A DNA stretch of 64,000 nucleotides from an uncultured delta proteobacterium (GCA_963745035.1 CAVUVW010000013.1:320001-384000), one strand, 5' to 3'; shown: positions 20,121 through 31,636, numbered from the stretch's first letter. A program made the numbers and translations. The notes: a model not told the origin generated them from the sequence alone.

Positions 20121-22112
20121 CTACGGCTGAGAGGGCGCGCCGGCCGCCTGCTCACCTTGCGTCTTGCGAATCTGCTCGCGCCAGAGTTGCTCGGCGCTGG
20201 GGAGATTTTCGGAGCCCGCGGAAGCGATCCGCGGCGTGATGAAAACCACCAGCTCTTCAAAATCTTTCTGGAACCGCCAGTTTTTGAAGAGCCAGCCGAG
20301 AACCGGAATATCTTTGAGATAAGGTACGCCGCTTTGCGAATTGATGTCGCTGTCTTTGAGAATGCCACCGATGACGATTGTTTCGCCGTCGCGGACTAAA
20401 ACGTTGGCCTCGGCTTCACGGTTGAGCTCGTCGAAGGGTACTACCGAGAGACCGCTCGAGACGGTCGGTGAATTGGCAAGCGAGCTCGATTTGACCTTGA
20501 TGTTCAGCAAAACGAAGCCGTCGCTGGAAACCTGGGGGATCACGGTTAGATTGATGCCGACGGGCACTTTCTCGGTTGCCACGGCTGTCCCTGCGGCAGC
20601 GCCGCTGCCGCTCGCGATATTCGTGGAGCTTGGCAGCACGATGCGGAGGACGCGCTCGCTCTTGATCGTTGAGGGAACGTTGTTCAAGGTGACAACGGAA
20701 GGGCGGGAGATGACTTTAATCTGTCCCTCGTTTTCCGCCGCCGTCAGCACCGCGCGAATGTTGTTGCCGAAATAGCCGAAGCTAAATCCGGAACTCGGGA
20801 TCGGCAGCACCGGGATAGCCGCGGCGGCGCTGCCCGCGAAGGGTGCCCCCGCGAGAAAACGCGAGCTTCCGACCACGCGAGCGTCGTTGAGGATCGCGTC
20901 CAACTCCATGCCCAGCGCGCGAGAGAAGGTCGGCGTGGTTTCCACCAAGTTTGATTCGATTAACACCTGGGGTGTCCGCGAGTCGAGTTTGCCGACCAGG
21001 ATGCTGACGTCTTCGACCGCTTTTTGGATATCGCGGATCATGATGGTGTTGCTGCGGTCGTCGACTACCAGTGCCTTATCCGGCCGTTTGCTCATGAGCG
21101 GCTGAATTTTCGGCTCAAGCTCTTTGGCCCTGGCGTAATTGAGCGTGAAATAGACGGTGTGCATCGGATCCAGCTTCTCTCTGGATTCCTTCGATGCGAT
21201 CAGCTTGTCCCTTTCGCCTTTCAGCGCCTCCGCGGTGGAGATGCGCACCACGTTGCCGATTTGTTCTTTCTCCAAGCCATTGGTGGTAATGATCAAATCC
21301 ATCGCCTGGTCCCAGGGAACCTCTACCAAGCGCAGGGTGACCCTGCGATTCACATCGCTGGTGACCACAATGTTGAAGCCGCTCACTTCGGCGAGCAAAC
21401 GAAAGACGTTCTTGATATCGGCGTCTTTGAAATCTAGGGAAATCTTTTGCCCGGTGTAAGTTTTCTCCACTGACCGATCGTCCGCGCCCGGCTGCGAGCG
21501 GGCGGCGCTCGCAGCGCCCTGGCTCACGTCCACCCGCTGTCCGCCGCGCACCAAAACCACGTGGCGCTTCGCGCTGATGTTGGGATCGGGGCTGCCGACG
21601 ACGATCTTTAACCAGCCGTCCTCCTGGGAAATCACGTAGGGGGGAATGCTGGCCGCGGCGATTTCCGCCACGAGGCGTAGACTGTTCTCGCCAGCGTTCA
21701 AACGCAATACCGAGGCGATGCCGGTGTCGATGCGAAAGATGTCGGCCGGTGCCGCCGCGGCGGTGTCGCCCAGGATATCCAGAACGATTCTCGACGGCTG
21801 CGGCAATGTAAAATGGCGGTACTGAGTCACCGGCTGGGCAAACTTCATCAGCAGGATCGTCTGGCCGCGCTCTTCGCGCACCACCAGTTCCTGCAAACTC
21901 TGGCCGGCTGCGATCGAAGTCTGCGGCTTGGCGCTCCCGGGCGTGGACGCCGGTGCAGCTTGAGAGGGCGAGTGCGTCATCGCGGCCTTGGACGGGCCAT
22001 CACTGGTAGTCCCACAACCGGCCGCTCCGCTCAACGCCGCCAGAAAAATTACGGCGAGGCGCGAGGCGACTTTTGCCGCAGGTATTTTGAGTCGCGATTG
22101 ACGACGATCCAT
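20121..22112 (-). CDS. pilQ: Type IV pilus secretin
   Basis: Lipobox, AMIN domain, YTGQKISLDFKDADI, VPWDQA, GVPYLKDIPVLGWLF. Confidence 0.95.
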   Translation of the reverse strand: MDRRQSRLKIPAAKVASRLAVIFLAALSGAAGCGTTSDGPSKAAMTHSPSQAAPASTPGSAKPQTSIAAGQSLQELVVREERGQTILLMKFAQPVTQYRHFTLPQPSRIVLDILGDTAAAAPADIFRIDTGIASVLRLNAGENSLRLVAEIAAASIPPYVISQEDGWLKIVVGSPDPNISAKRHVVLVRGGQRVDVSQGAASAARSQPGADDRSVEKTYTGQKISLDFKDADIKNVFRLLAEVSGFNIVVTSDVNRRVTLRLVEVPWDQAMDLIITTNGLEKEQIGNVVRISTAEALKGERDKLIASKESREKLDPMHTVYFTLNYARAKELEPKIQPLMSKRPDKALVVDDRSNTIMIRDIQKAVEDVSILVGKLDSRTPQVLIESNLVETTPTFSRALGMELDAILNDARVVGSSRFLAGAPFAGSAAAAIPVLPIPSSGFSFGYFGNNIRAVLTAAENEGQIKVISRPSVVTLNNVPSTIKSERVLRIVLPSSTNIASGSGAAAGTAVATEKVPVGINLTVIPQVSSDGFVLLNIKVKSSSLANSPTVSSGLSVVPFDELNREAEANVLVRDGETIVIGGILKDSDINSQSGVPYLKDIPVLGWLFKNWRFQKDFEELVVFITPRIASAGSENLPSAEQLWREQIRKTQGEQAAGAPSQP

Positions 22113-22135
22113 GTAATTTCCTCGTTCTCTGGTCC

Positions 22136-22768
22136 CTACTCGGTTACGAGCTTCATTCCCACGTCGCGTTTCTTGCGTGCGCCGTAATCGTCGGAGTAGA
22201 TTTCTTCCACGATCACTTCGTTGCGAGAAATCGCCTTTATCTTGCCGTCGTTGCTGCCGATCGGAGTGCCGACCTTGACGACGTAGCCGAGCCCGCCGCT
22301 GTCTTCGACTATCGCCCGCGGATCCCCGATATCCCAGACGATGCCGACGAGCTTGAGTTGGCTGAGCTCGAAGCGCTCCAGCGGCGAGAGGTTTTCACGG
22401 TTGCGCGGCTTGTCGGTCTTGGCCCGAAGGGTCGTCGGCTGAAACGGGTCGCGGCGCGACGGATCCATCTTGAGCGCGGCCGCGGGGGCTTCAGGACTTT
22501 TCGACGGCAGAGTCAGGTCGACGGGATCGGCTTTGGTTTCCGGAGCGGCCTTGCCGCCAAAGGTTTGCCGGATCTTCTCTTTCGCCCCGTCGGTCAAAGC
22601 CTGGAGGGATTTTCCGATCGTCGCCGGCGCTTTGCCGGCCTTGCCGATCGTCTCCTTCATCTGCTCCGACGGCGTGCGAATCGTCTCCTCCGCGGCGACG
22701 GCTGGCGCCGCGAAACGCGCCGCGCAGGAGAACAAAATCAGCAGAAAGAGCTGGCGCCTTCTTCCCAT
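22136..22768 (-). CDS. pilP: Type IV pilus assembly protein PilP
   Basis: RRDPF...PLERFELSQLKLVGI...GTPIGSNDG; position in operon. Confidence 0.9.
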   Translation of the reverse strand: MGRRRQLFLLILFSCAARFAAPAVAAEETIRTPSEQMKETIGKAGKAPATIGKSLQALTDGAKEKIRQTFGGKAAPETKADPVDLTLPSKSPEAPAAALKMDPSRRDPFQPTTLRAKTDKPRNRENLSPLERFELSQLKLVGIVWDIGDPRAIVEDSGGLGYVVKVGTPIGSNDGKIKAISRNEVIVEEIYSDDYGARKKRDVGMKLVTE

Positions 22769-22769
22769 G

Positions 22770-23393
22770 TTATCGTTTGGCCTTTGCCGCTTTGGCTTTG
22801 TCCTCGGCGACTTTCTTGCGTTCGGCATCGTTGAGAAAACGAAATGCCGTCGCGACGCCGGTTGTTTCCAACATGATACGGTCGCCGTTGACTGTCGGAT
22901 TCTTAAAGCCGATGTTGTTGATGTTCACCAGCCGATCCAATCGTCCTACTTCGTCAAAAAAACTGACGGTGTTGTGGAAATTTCCTTTGACGGTGATATC
23001 GACCGGAACCTCGGCATAAAAATCCTGAAAGGTTTCCGCGCGTGGGCGAAATACCAGGACATCCAGTCCCGCCTGCTGCGCTTTCGCCGAAATATTTTTG
23101 AGCAAGTTAGGAATCTCGCCCTTTTCCGGCAGCTGGGCGAGCGCCCGCTTAAGTTCGGCGTCGAGGTGCTGCAGGTCCTTGCGCAGGCGCCCGAGATCGG
23201 CTGATTTCTGGGTCTTTATCATTTTTTCGTTTTTCGCGATCTCGACGCTATCGACCAACTTTGCCACCTCGTCCGCGCGCGGGCCGTACAGAAAACTATA
23301 ATAAAGCGCCGCGATCAGAACGATCGTTACAATCAGAATGCCGAGCTTCTGTTTGCCTGGCCGCTCGAGGAGATTGTCGAGCAGTTCGTTCAC
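22770..23393 (-). CDS. pilO: Type IV pilus assembly protein PilO
   Basis: QLPEKGEIPNLL, FYAEVPV...GNFH...LDRLV. Confidence 0.93.
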   Translation of the reverse strand: MNELLDNLLERPGKQKLGILIVTIVLIAALYYSFLYGPRADEVAKLVDSVEIAKNEKMIKTQKSADLGRLRKDLQHLDAELKRALAQLPEKGEIPNLLKNISAKAQQAGLDVLVFRPRAETFQDFYAEVPVDITVKGNFHNTVSFFDEVGRLDRLVNINNIGFKNPTVNGDRIMLETTGVATAFRFLNDAERKKVAEDKAKAAKAKR

Positions 23394-23993
23394 TCTTTTT
23401 TCTCCTCGATTTTTTTTGGCGCTGCGGCCTTGATCGCTTCCGACGGCACGGGCCGATAGATCGCCTGAGCCTTCGCCGTGAACTTCTTGAGCGCGGCGCT
23501 GGAGCCTGTCCCTTGCACGGTTTCCACGAGCCCGACATCGGCAAAATAAGTGGAGGCGGTGAGCGACTGCAGAAAGCTGGCCACGGTTTCATTGTCGGTC
23601 GCCAAGCCATTCATGGTGATACTGCCGCTGCTTTCGCGCAGATCGGTGAGCCAGAGACTGGCGGGCGTCGCCTGAGAAAGGCTCGCCATGACCAGCACGG
23701 GCCCGCTCTTTTTATGGTTCAGTTCGTCGACGATCTTCTGCTTGCCGCGCAGATCTTTGATCTTCATCTGAAGATCGGCCACTTCCTTGACTTTGGCGTT
23801 CAACGCCTGGAGCTCGGCGCGCAGCCCGGCCAACTCCGTTTCCAATCCGGTCGAGCTGGTAATGCTGATACAGATGCGTGCCCGCAAGCAGCAGCATCGC
23901 GGCGCCCAAGACCACCGCACCGATGATGATCTCGCGCCGGCGCGTAACCTCGGCCTTGAGTTCCTTGATCGGCAGAAGATTGATGTGAATCAT
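23390..23993 (-). CDS. pilN: Type IV pilus assembly protein PilN, frameshift near 23850
   Basis: MIHINLLP N-terminus in one ORF and the PilN domain in the overlapping ORF. Confidence 0.88.
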
Positions 23994-25090
23994 CGGTCGC
24001 TTGGCCGCCGGATCGACAGGCCGGCGCCTACCGCGAAGTAGGGTGCGGCCTCGAGCAGATAGTTGCGGTCGATGCTGCGATGGACTTGGAACGCTCGAAA
24101 CGGCTCGCTCAAGCGCGCCGCCACGCCCATGCGCTCTTCGAGCATGGCCCGCAGCCCGGCAAGTTTGGCGCCCCCGCCGCTCAAATAGATCGCCTTTAAA
24201 CCATCGTTATCCTCCGACGGCACGGCGCCGTAGAGGCTCACGGTTCTGCGGATTTCTTCCGCCAGCTCCTCGGAAGTCGGGCGCAGCGTCGCCTCGAAGT
24301 CCAATTCCCGGCGTCCTTCCAACATCCCCGTCGTCTTGAACGCTTCGGCGGTCTCGACCGCGACGCCGAGCTGGCGCGCGACATTGTCCGTGAAATAAGC
24401 TCCGCCGAGGGACAGGTCGCCGGTGAAAATCGCCGTCCCGTCTTGCAACAAAGTGATGCTGGTGTATTGGGCGCCGACGTGAATCAAAGCAATGAGACCC
24501 TTTTCCGCGTCCGCGCCGTAGTTGGTTTCGAACATGTTTTCCAGGGCGAAATAATCGACGTCCATCACGCTCGGGGCAAGGCCGGCTTCTTCGATCACGT
24601 CGGTATAGCTGTTGATGATCTCTTTCTTGACCGCCACTAGGAGGACGTCCATTTTGTTGCCGTCTTGCGATTCGTGCACGACCTGGTAGTCCAGGTTGAC
24701 GTTCTGCAGGCTGTCCGGGATAATGTTTTGCGCCTCAAATTCAATATTCGCTTCCAGCTCGGCCGCTTCCTGCTTGGGCATCTGGATTTTCTTCATGATC
24801 ACCGCGCGACCCGGAACCGCCGAGATTACCTGCTTCGATTTGACGCCGTTTTCCTGGATTAACCGGCGAATCACCTCCACCACCGATCCAGCGCCGACTA
24901 CCATATTGTTTTGAATGGCGTTCTCCGGCAGCGGCAATATTCCCAAGTTGAGGATGCGATAGCCGTTCTTGTCCACGCTAGCTTCAACCATCTTGATGGA
25001 ACTCGAGCCGATATCGAAAGCGACGTAGCCGTCTGTGGTTGACAGAGGATTTAACGATCCAAAGCGCAGGTTTTTTAAAAACGAAAGCAT
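23990..25090 (-). CDS. pilM: Type IV pilus assembly protein PilM
   Basis: DIGSSSIK actin-like motif, DVLLVA, LSGGGA. Confidence 0.95.
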   Translation of the reverse strand: MLSFLKNLRFGSLNPLSTTDGYVAFDIGSSSIKMVEASVDKNGYRILNLGILPLPENAIQNNMVVGAGSVVEVIRRLIQENGVKSKQVISAVPGRAVIMKKIQMPKQEAAELEANIEFEAQNIIPDSLQNVNLDYQVVHESQDGNKMDVLLVAVKKEIINSYTDVIEEAGLAPSVMDVDYFALENMFETNYGADAEKGLIALIHVGAQYTSITLLQDGTAIFTGDLSLGGAYFTDNVARQLGVAVETAEAFKTTGMLEGRRELDFEATLRPTSEELAEEIRRTVSLYGAVPSEDNDGLKAIYLSGGGAKLAGLRAMLEERMGVAARLSEPFRAFQVHRSIDRNYLLEAAPYFAVGAGLSIRRPSDR

Positions 25091-25092
25091 GG

Positions 25093-25293
25093 CTACTGTT
25101 TGAACAGGGTGTGCTTCTGCTCGATGGTCAAGCCCAAGGCAAGAAGAATCTTGCGCTTGGTCGCCAAACGGCAGTCTTTGCCTCTCTCGATTCGGTCCAG
25201 CGTCAAGGGTGAAATGCCCGCCAAACGGGCGAGTTCGGCCTTGCTCAGCATTTTGGCTTCGCGGATTTTTTTAACGTTATTTGCGAGATTCAT
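25093..25293 (-). CDS. Small XRE-family HTH protein leading the pil operon
   Basis: VKKIREAKMLSKAELARLAGISPLTLDRIE. Confidence 0.85.
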   Translation of the reverse strand: MNLANNVKKIREAKMLSKAELARLAGISPLTLDRIERGKDCRLATKRKILLALGLTIEQKHTLFKQ

Positions 25294-25596
25294 CGCCCGT
25301 CGGAAGCAAAGTGCGCGGGTCCGGATATGGATCACCAGACCTGTCAAGTCAATAAATTAATAATAATTATATGCAATTGTGATTATTGTAGCGCCCAATT
25401 AGCAATCCTTCGGCCACTTTATCCAAGCGTCGAAGCAAATCGACCGATCGCGGTAAATGTTCGTACTACCGCATTTTTTTGCGAGCCCGGGAGAGTCGCG
25501 GAAAAAACTTCAGGACAGCAAAGCGAACAAAATAGTCCAATTGCGGCAAAGCCGTTCAGGTTGCGTTTCGCCGGAGTGATCGTTAGAACTGCGGCG

Positions 25597-27871
25597 ATGA
25601 AGCAGGCGCAAAGGTTGGTTCGGGTGATCGTGCCGGCGCCGCTCAAAGAACCGCTCGTTTACAGTGTTCCAGAAACGCTCGACGCCCACATCGCGCCGGG
25701 CAACCGGGTGCTGATCCCGCTGCAAAGGCGCACGGTCACCGGCATCGTGCTTGATTTCGCGAGCGACAAACCGGCGGTCGATCCAAAGCCGATCATCGAG
25801 CTGCTCGACGATCGACCGATCGTCGATGGCCATCTGCTCAAGCTCGCCCAATGGATTGCGCATTACTATCTGTCGCCCATCGGCGAGGTCTTGGCGACCA
25901 TGCTGCCGCCGAATTCCCGCAGGGAAAGCCGCCAAATGATCCTGTTGAAGCGCGCCGATATGTTTATCGCCGACGCGCTCGGCAGGCGGATCATCGAGGC
26001 GATCGAGCAAGCCGACGGCAGAGTAAGCTTCGCAACTCTGGCGCGGCGCTTCCCGGGCCAATCGATCAATCGCGTGCTGGCGCGCCTGGAACACCTGGGC
26101 ATGATCGAGCTGAGTGAGCACTTGGCCAAACGGAGGCGGCACAAAGAGACGCCGTTGCGGCAAGGCGGAGCGGAACCTGGCACGGCAGAACGTTTTGATC
26201 TGAGCGCAGAACAGGCGAACGCCCTCGCGGCCGTCGTCGCGCGGGTGAACGCCGGCGGCTTTGAGACTTTCCTACTCCACGGAGTGACCGGCAGCGGCAA
26301 GACCGAAGTTTACATCCGCGCCATGGAAGCGGTGCGCGATCGCGGCCGCAAGAGTTTGATCCTGATTCCGGAGATCTCGCTGACGCCGCAGCTCCTGGAT
26401 CAGCTGAACGAGCGCTTTCCGCAGCGGGTTGGCGTGCTCCACAGCGGCCTGACGAGCGCTCAACGCTGGACGCAGTGGCGGCAGATCGCCTGGGGCCAGG
26501 TCGATGTCGCTGTCGGAGCGCGCTCGGCGGTATTCGCGCCGGTTCCGGACTTGGGCCTCATCGTCGTCGACGAAGAGCACGATTCCTCTTACAAGCAGGA
26601 AGAGGGCGTGCGCTATCACGGCCGCGACGTAGCCGTGGTCCGGGGCAAGCAACAGAATTGCCCGGTAATCTTGGGCTCGGCAACGCCTGCGCTGGAGAGC
26701 TACGAAAACTGCCGCCAGGGCCGCTACACGCTTCTGGAAATCAGCCGGCGGGTGGCCGATCGGCCGCTGCCGAAAGTCGAAGCGATCGATCTGCGGCAGC
26801 AGTTTTTCACCGCTTCGTCTGCCGCGCGCGCGGACGACAAGGGGGGCTCCCGCGATGCAGACACGCGGCTGATCGCCGATGACTTTGCCAAGGCGTTACA
26901 AGAAAATGTTCAGGCCGGACGGCAAAGCTTGATCTTTTTGAATCGCCGGGGCTTTGCCAATTTTCTTCAGTGCACCTCGTGCGGCCACGTGTGGCGTTGC
27001 CCGTACTGCAGCGTGACCCTGACACTCCATTTGAAGCAAAATCGACTTTCTTGCCATCATTGTGACTATCGCCGCCCCAAAACGGAGATCTGCCCCGAAT
27101 GCAAGAACCCGACTCTTAGCCCGGTCGGGAGCGGCACCGAACGGGTCGAACAGGCGCTGCGGCGCTTGCTGCCGCAGGCGCGCGTGGCGCGCATGGACCG
27201 CGACACCACCGGCCGGCGCGGCGCTCACGAAGAGATCATTCGCCGCTGGCAAAAGGGCGAGATCGACGTCCTGATCGGTACTCAGATGATCACCAAAGGC
27301 CACGACGTTTCCGGAGTGACTCTGGTGTGCGCCCTGCTCGCCGATCTTTCTTTGAATCTTCCCGACTTTCGCGCCGCCGAGCGGACTTTTCAGTTGCTCA
27401 GCCAAGTCGCGGGAAGGGCGGGAAGGGGCGACGATCCGGGCCGCGTCATCGTCCAGACTTACACGCCCGATCACTATGCCATCCACCATCTACTGGCGCA
27501 CGACTATAAGACCTTCTTTGGCGCCGAGAGCGAATTTCGCCGCGCCCTCGACTTACCCGCCGTTCGGCCGGCTGATCAACCTAAGGCTCGACGGGCCTAA
27601 CGCGGCCAACGTCGAGGCGCAAGCGAAAAAACTCGCCGGCGAGCTGCGCGCGGTTGAAAGCCGCGGCGTCAAAACCGACGCCCAGGTCGAGATTCTCGGG
27701 CCGGCGCCGGCGCCGATCGAAAAGCTTAGAAATCGTTTCCGCTGGCAGCTCCTGCTCCGCAGCAAGCAGAGCGCGCCCTTGTTGAAGTTGGCGCGCCGGG
27801 CGCGGGAGCTCATGCCGCGGGCGCGCAGCGTGCGCCTCCACGTTGATGTCGATCCCTACAGTATGTTATGA
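25597..27871 (+). CDS. priA: Primosomal protein N', frameshift near 27555
   Basis: GVTGSGKTEVY, DEEH, four CxxC, QVAGRAGR; C-terminus YPPF...GPAPAPI in the next frame. Confidence 0.95.
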
Positions 27872-27884
27872 ATTTTTTTGAAGT

Positions 27885-28427
27885 ATGGCGATTTTGGAAA
27901 TACTTAAATATCCCGATCCGATCCTCAGCAAGGTCGCCGCGCCGGTGAAAAATTTTAACGGCAAGACCGCCTCCTTGGTCGATGACATGCTCGAAACCAT
28001 GTATGCGGCGCCGGGCGTCGGCTTGGCCGCGCCGCAGGTGGGCGTTTCCGAGCGCATCCTCGTTTTGGACATCGATCATGAGAACCCCGGCAAGCAAGTC
28101 TACAAGCTCATCAATCCGACGGTGATCCGCGCCGAGGGCGAGGTCGTCTGGGAAGAAGGCTGTCTCAGCGTGGTCGATTACACCGCCGAAGTGCGCCGCG
28201 CCGCGCAAGTCGAGATTGCCGCTTTCGATGACAAAGAAAAGCCGGTTAAGATCGAAGCCGAGGGACTGCTGGCCGTGGCGCTGCAGCATGAAATCGATCA
28301 TCTGGACGGCAAGCTTTTTATCGATCGCATCAGCCGCCTGAAGCGCGACTTGTACACCCGCCGGCGAAAGAAAATGCTTCGGAGCGGCGTCGAGCCGCCT
28401 AATGAAAGTCCCCGAGTCATGATCTGA
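27885..28427 (+). CDS. def: Peptide deformylase
   Basis: GVGLAAPQ, EGCLS, QHEIDHLDG. Confidence 0.97.
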   Translation: MAILEILKYPDPILSKVAAPVKNFNGKTASLVDDMLETMYAAPGVGLAAPQVGVSERILVLDIDHENPGKQVYKLINPTVIRAEGEVVWEEGCLSVVDYTAEVRRAAQVEIAAFDDKEKPVKIEAEGLLAVALQHEIDHLDGKLFIDRISRLKRDLYTRRRKKMLRSGVEPPNESPRVMI

Positions 28428-28481
28428 GCGCATTTCAGATCCGCCGGCTGCGCCGCCCGCTGTTAATTTGCCATCAATCCG

Positions 28482-29427
28482 ATGTCCGCGACTTGGCCGA
28501 TCGTTTTCATGGGAACGCCCCAGATCGCGGCCGATACCCTCGACTATTTGCTGGCGCACCAAACCGACCCGGTGGCCGGCGTCGTCACCCAACCCGATCG
28601 CCCCTCCGGCCGAGGCCAGACGACCGGCGCCTTCGCCGGTGCGCAAGCTTGCCGAAGCGCGCGGAATTCCGGTGGTCGCGCCGGAAAAAATCAGAACGGC
28701 GGAATTTTTAGAAACGCTGCGTGCCTGGCGCCCCGAAATTATCGTCGTGGTCGCCTACGGCCGCATCCTGCCGAAGACAATTCTCGAGCTGGCGCCGCAT
28801 GGCTGCATCAACGTCCATTATTCGCTTCTGCCCAAGTATCGCGGCGCCGCGCCGGCGGCGTGGACGATCATCAACGGCGACAAGGAAGGCGGCGTGACGA
28901 CCATGAAGCTCGTCGAAAAGATGGATGCCGGCGCGATTTATCTGCAGGAAGCGTTCGCGCTCGCGTCCGACGAAACCACCGGCTCGCTGCAATCGAGGCT
29001 CACGCCCATCGGCGCCCGCCTGTTGGTGGAGACGCTGCGCGGGCTGAAAGCAGGGACGCTGGCGGCGCGCGAGCAAGACGAGCGCCTGGCGACTCCGGCG
29101 CCGATGCTGAAAAAGGAAGACGGGCTCATCGACTGGACCAAATCGGCGGCGGAGATCGAGCGGCGCGTGCGCGGTTTTGATCCCTGGCCCGGCAGTTTTA
29201 CCCGCGCTGCCGGCAAGCTGCTCAAGATCCACCGCGCCGGCATTGTATCGGCTCAATCGAGCGGCAAACCGGGCGAAGTCGTGCGCGCGGAGGCCGGCGG
29301 TTTCTGGGTCGCGACATCCTCGGGTATCCTCGGCCTCGACGAAGTCCAGTTGGAAAACAAAAAACGGCTCGCCGGAACAGAATTTATCAAAGGCGCGAGG
29401 ATCAAAGCCGGTGACCGCCTCGGATGA
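28482..29427 (+). CDS. fmt: Methionyl-tRNA formyltransferase, frameshift near 28630
   Basis: FMGTP...TQPDRP, then NVHYSLLPKYRGAAP in the other frame. Confidence 0.95.
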
Positions 29428-30775
29428 AACCGCGAGGAAATCGGCGCGCCGTCTCGCGGGCGAAATTCTCCTCAAAGTCGACAATCGAAAAGCCTACGCC
29501 GACGTTCTGCTCGATCAAGCGTTGAGAAGCGCCGAGCTCAGTCCATCGGATCGCGCTTTGCTCACCGAGCTCACCTACGGCACCTTGCGTTGGCGCGGCG
29601 CGATCGATGCCCGGCTCAGCAGACACTTGCGCCGGCCGCTGGCCGAGACCGAACCGCGCATCAGAAACCTGCTCCGTCTCACGTGCTACCAACTCGTGTA
29701 CCTTGACCGGATTCCGCCCTATGCCGCAGTCAATGAAGCCGTCGAATCGGCCAAGAGCTACGGCGGCCGCAAAGCCGCGGGATTCGTCAACGGCGTACTT
29801 CGCAGTTTCTTGAGAGAAGAGCAGATTGGCGGTGCGATTTCCGGTGCCGATTCCGTCGCCGCCCTGGCATTTCAGCATTCGCACCCGGAATGGCTGGTAC
29901 GGCGCTGGCTCGGGGAATTCGGCGCGAAAGAATCCGCGGCGCTGATGCGCGCCAATAATGAAAGGGCACCGCTCGCCTTACGGGTAAACTCTCTTAAGTG
30001 CGGCAGAGACCAATTGTTGCATCGCCTCTCAGAAAACGGCATCGAAGCAAAGACGGCGCCCCTTTCGCCCCACGGCGTCTTGCTTCCTCCGGCCGGCGCA
30101 GTGGAAAATCTTCCGGGCTTTGCCGCAGGGCTCTTTCAAGTCCAAGGCGAGGCCTCGCAGCTCGTTGTCCAACTGCTTGCGCCCCGCCCCGGCGAGCGCA
30201 TTCTGGATGCCTGCGCCGCGCCCGGCGGCAAGAGCACCTACATCGCCGAGCTCCAGCGCGATCAAGGCGCAATCATCGCCGTCGATTTATCCGCGCGCGG
30301 TATCGATAGAATCCGGGAAAATGCCGGCCGCTTGGGATTGCAATCGATCCAAGCCGTCCATGCCGATGCAAGCGCGGCCGGCGATTTCGGCAACGCCTCC
30401 TATGATCGCATTCTCGTCGACGCGCCCTGCAGCGGTCTGGGTACGCTGCGCGGCCATCCGGAAATCAAGTGGCACCGCGACGAGCGGGACATTCGGCGCC
30501 TGAGCGCCTTGCAGCGAAAGATCCTCGACCGGGTCGCCGGATATCTCAAGCCGGACGGCGTTCTCGTGTACTCGACCTGCACGTTGACCACCGACGAGAA
30601 CGAACGGAACGTGGAGGCGTTTCTCGCGGCGCGCCGCGAATTTGAGTTGCAGGAGGCCGCAGGTTATCTTCCTTCACAGGCGCGGCACATGACGCGCGGC
30701 AAGTATTTCCAAGCGTTGCCGCAGCGGGACAACACCGACGGCTTTTTCGCCGCGCGCCTGAGAAAGGTTTCTTAG
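29411..30775 (+). CDS. rsmB: 16S rRNA m5C967 methyltransferase
   Basis: NusB-like N-domain, DACAAPGGKS, DAPCSG, YSTCT; probable GTG start at 29411. Confidence 0.94.
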   Translation: MTASDETARKSARRLAGEILLKVDNRKAYADVLLDQALRSAELSPSDRALLTELTYGTLRWRGAIDARLSRHLRRPLAETEPRIRNLLRLTCYQLVYLDRIPPYAAVNEAVESAKSYGGRKAAGFVNGVLRSFLREEQIGGAISGADSVAALAFQHSHPEWLVRRWLGEFGAKESAALMRANNERAPLALRVNSLKCGRDQLLHRLSENGIEAKTAPLSPHGVLLPPAGAVENLPGFAAGLFQVQGEASQLVVQLLAPRPGERILDACAAPGGKSTYIAELQRDQGAIIAVDLSARGIDRIRENAGRLGLQSIQAVHADASAAGDFGNASYDRILVDAPCSGLGTLRGHPEIKWHRDERDIRRLSALQRKILDRVAGYLKPDGVLVYSTCTLTTDENERNVEAFLAARREFELQEAAGYLPSQARHMTRGKYFQALPQRDNTDGFFAARLRKVS

Positions 30776-31444
30776 ATGCAGCCCATCAAAATCGCTCCGT
30801 CGATCCTCTCCGCCGACTTCAGCCGACTCAAAGACGAGATTCAAGCCGTCGAAGCCGGCGGAGCGGACTGGCTCCACGTCGATGTCATGGACGGCCATTT
30901 CGTGCCGAACATCACCATCGGGCCGGTGGTCGTGGAATGGGTGCGCAAAGTGACGACCATCCCCGTCGACGTGCACCTGATGATCACCGATCCCGATAAA
31001 TACGCACCGGAGTTCATCAAGGCGGGCGCAGACTGGATTTCCGTACATCCGGATACCTGCCGGCCCAACCCGCGCGCGACCTTGAACAAGATCCGCGAGC
31101 TCGGCGCCAAGCCGTCCCTCGCCGTGAATCCGGATGTGCCGTTAACCAGCGTCGAAGATTACCTGACCGATATCGAGATGCTCTTGATGATGACGGTCTT
31201 CCCGGGCTTCGGCGGGCAGGCTTTTATCCCGGATGTTCTACCCAAGATCGAAGAAGCGCGCCGGCTGATCGATCGGAACAAATTATCGATCCTCATCGAG
31301 GTCGACGGCGGCATCAAGGTCGATAATATCGACCATGTCGTGGACGCCGGCGGCGAGGTCATCGTGTCGGGCTCCGGCATCTTCAAAACACCGAACTATG
31401 CAGACACCATCCGCCAGATGCGCCAAGCCGTTGGGCAACTCTAA
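30776..31444 (+). CDS. rpe: Ribulose-phosphate 3-epimerase
   Basis: APSILSADF, HVDVMDGHFVPN, EVDGG. Confidence 0.97.
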   Translation: MQPIKIAPSILSADFSRLKDEIQAVEAGGADWLHVDVMDGHFVPNITIGPVVVEWVRKVTTIPVDVHLMITDPDKYAPEFIKAGADWISVHPDTCRPNPRATLNKIRELGAKPSLAVNPDVPLTSVEDYLTDIEMLLMMTVFPGFGGQAFIPDVLPKIEEARRLIDRNKLSILIEVDGGIKVDNIDHVVDAGGEVIVSGSGIFKTPNYADTIRQMRQAVGQL

Positions 31445-31490
31445 AAAGGTTCTACGAACACAGCAGCAGTAGAAGAGTTCGAAGCTCGCG

Positions 31491-31518
31491 ATCCTCGATC
31501 CTCCATCCTCGATCTTCA
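31491..31518. repeat. Intergenic heptamer tandem repeat (ATCCTCS)n
   Basis: ATCCTCG ATCCTCC ATCCTCG ATCTTCA; related array at 49916-49943. Confidence 0.65.
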
Positions 31519-31559
31519 AACTATTGTGTTCTCTTTTCGGTGTGCTAGTTTATCCCGAT

Positions 31560-31636
31560 CGGGGCGTGGCTCAGCTTGGTAGAGCGCACGGTTCGGGACC
31601 GTGAAGTCGGTGGTTCAAATCCACTCGCCCCGACCA
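31560..31636 (+). tRNA. tRNA-Pro(CGG)
   Basis: CGGGGCG acceptor stem, anticodon arm CACGG-TTCGGGA-CCGTG, GGTTCAAATCC T-arm, encoded CCA; 77 nt. Confidence 0.97.

Noticed and set aside
16795-25090. pilMNOPQ linked to shikimate genes as a novelty
   Set aside because: pilQ-aroK-aroB linkage is well known.
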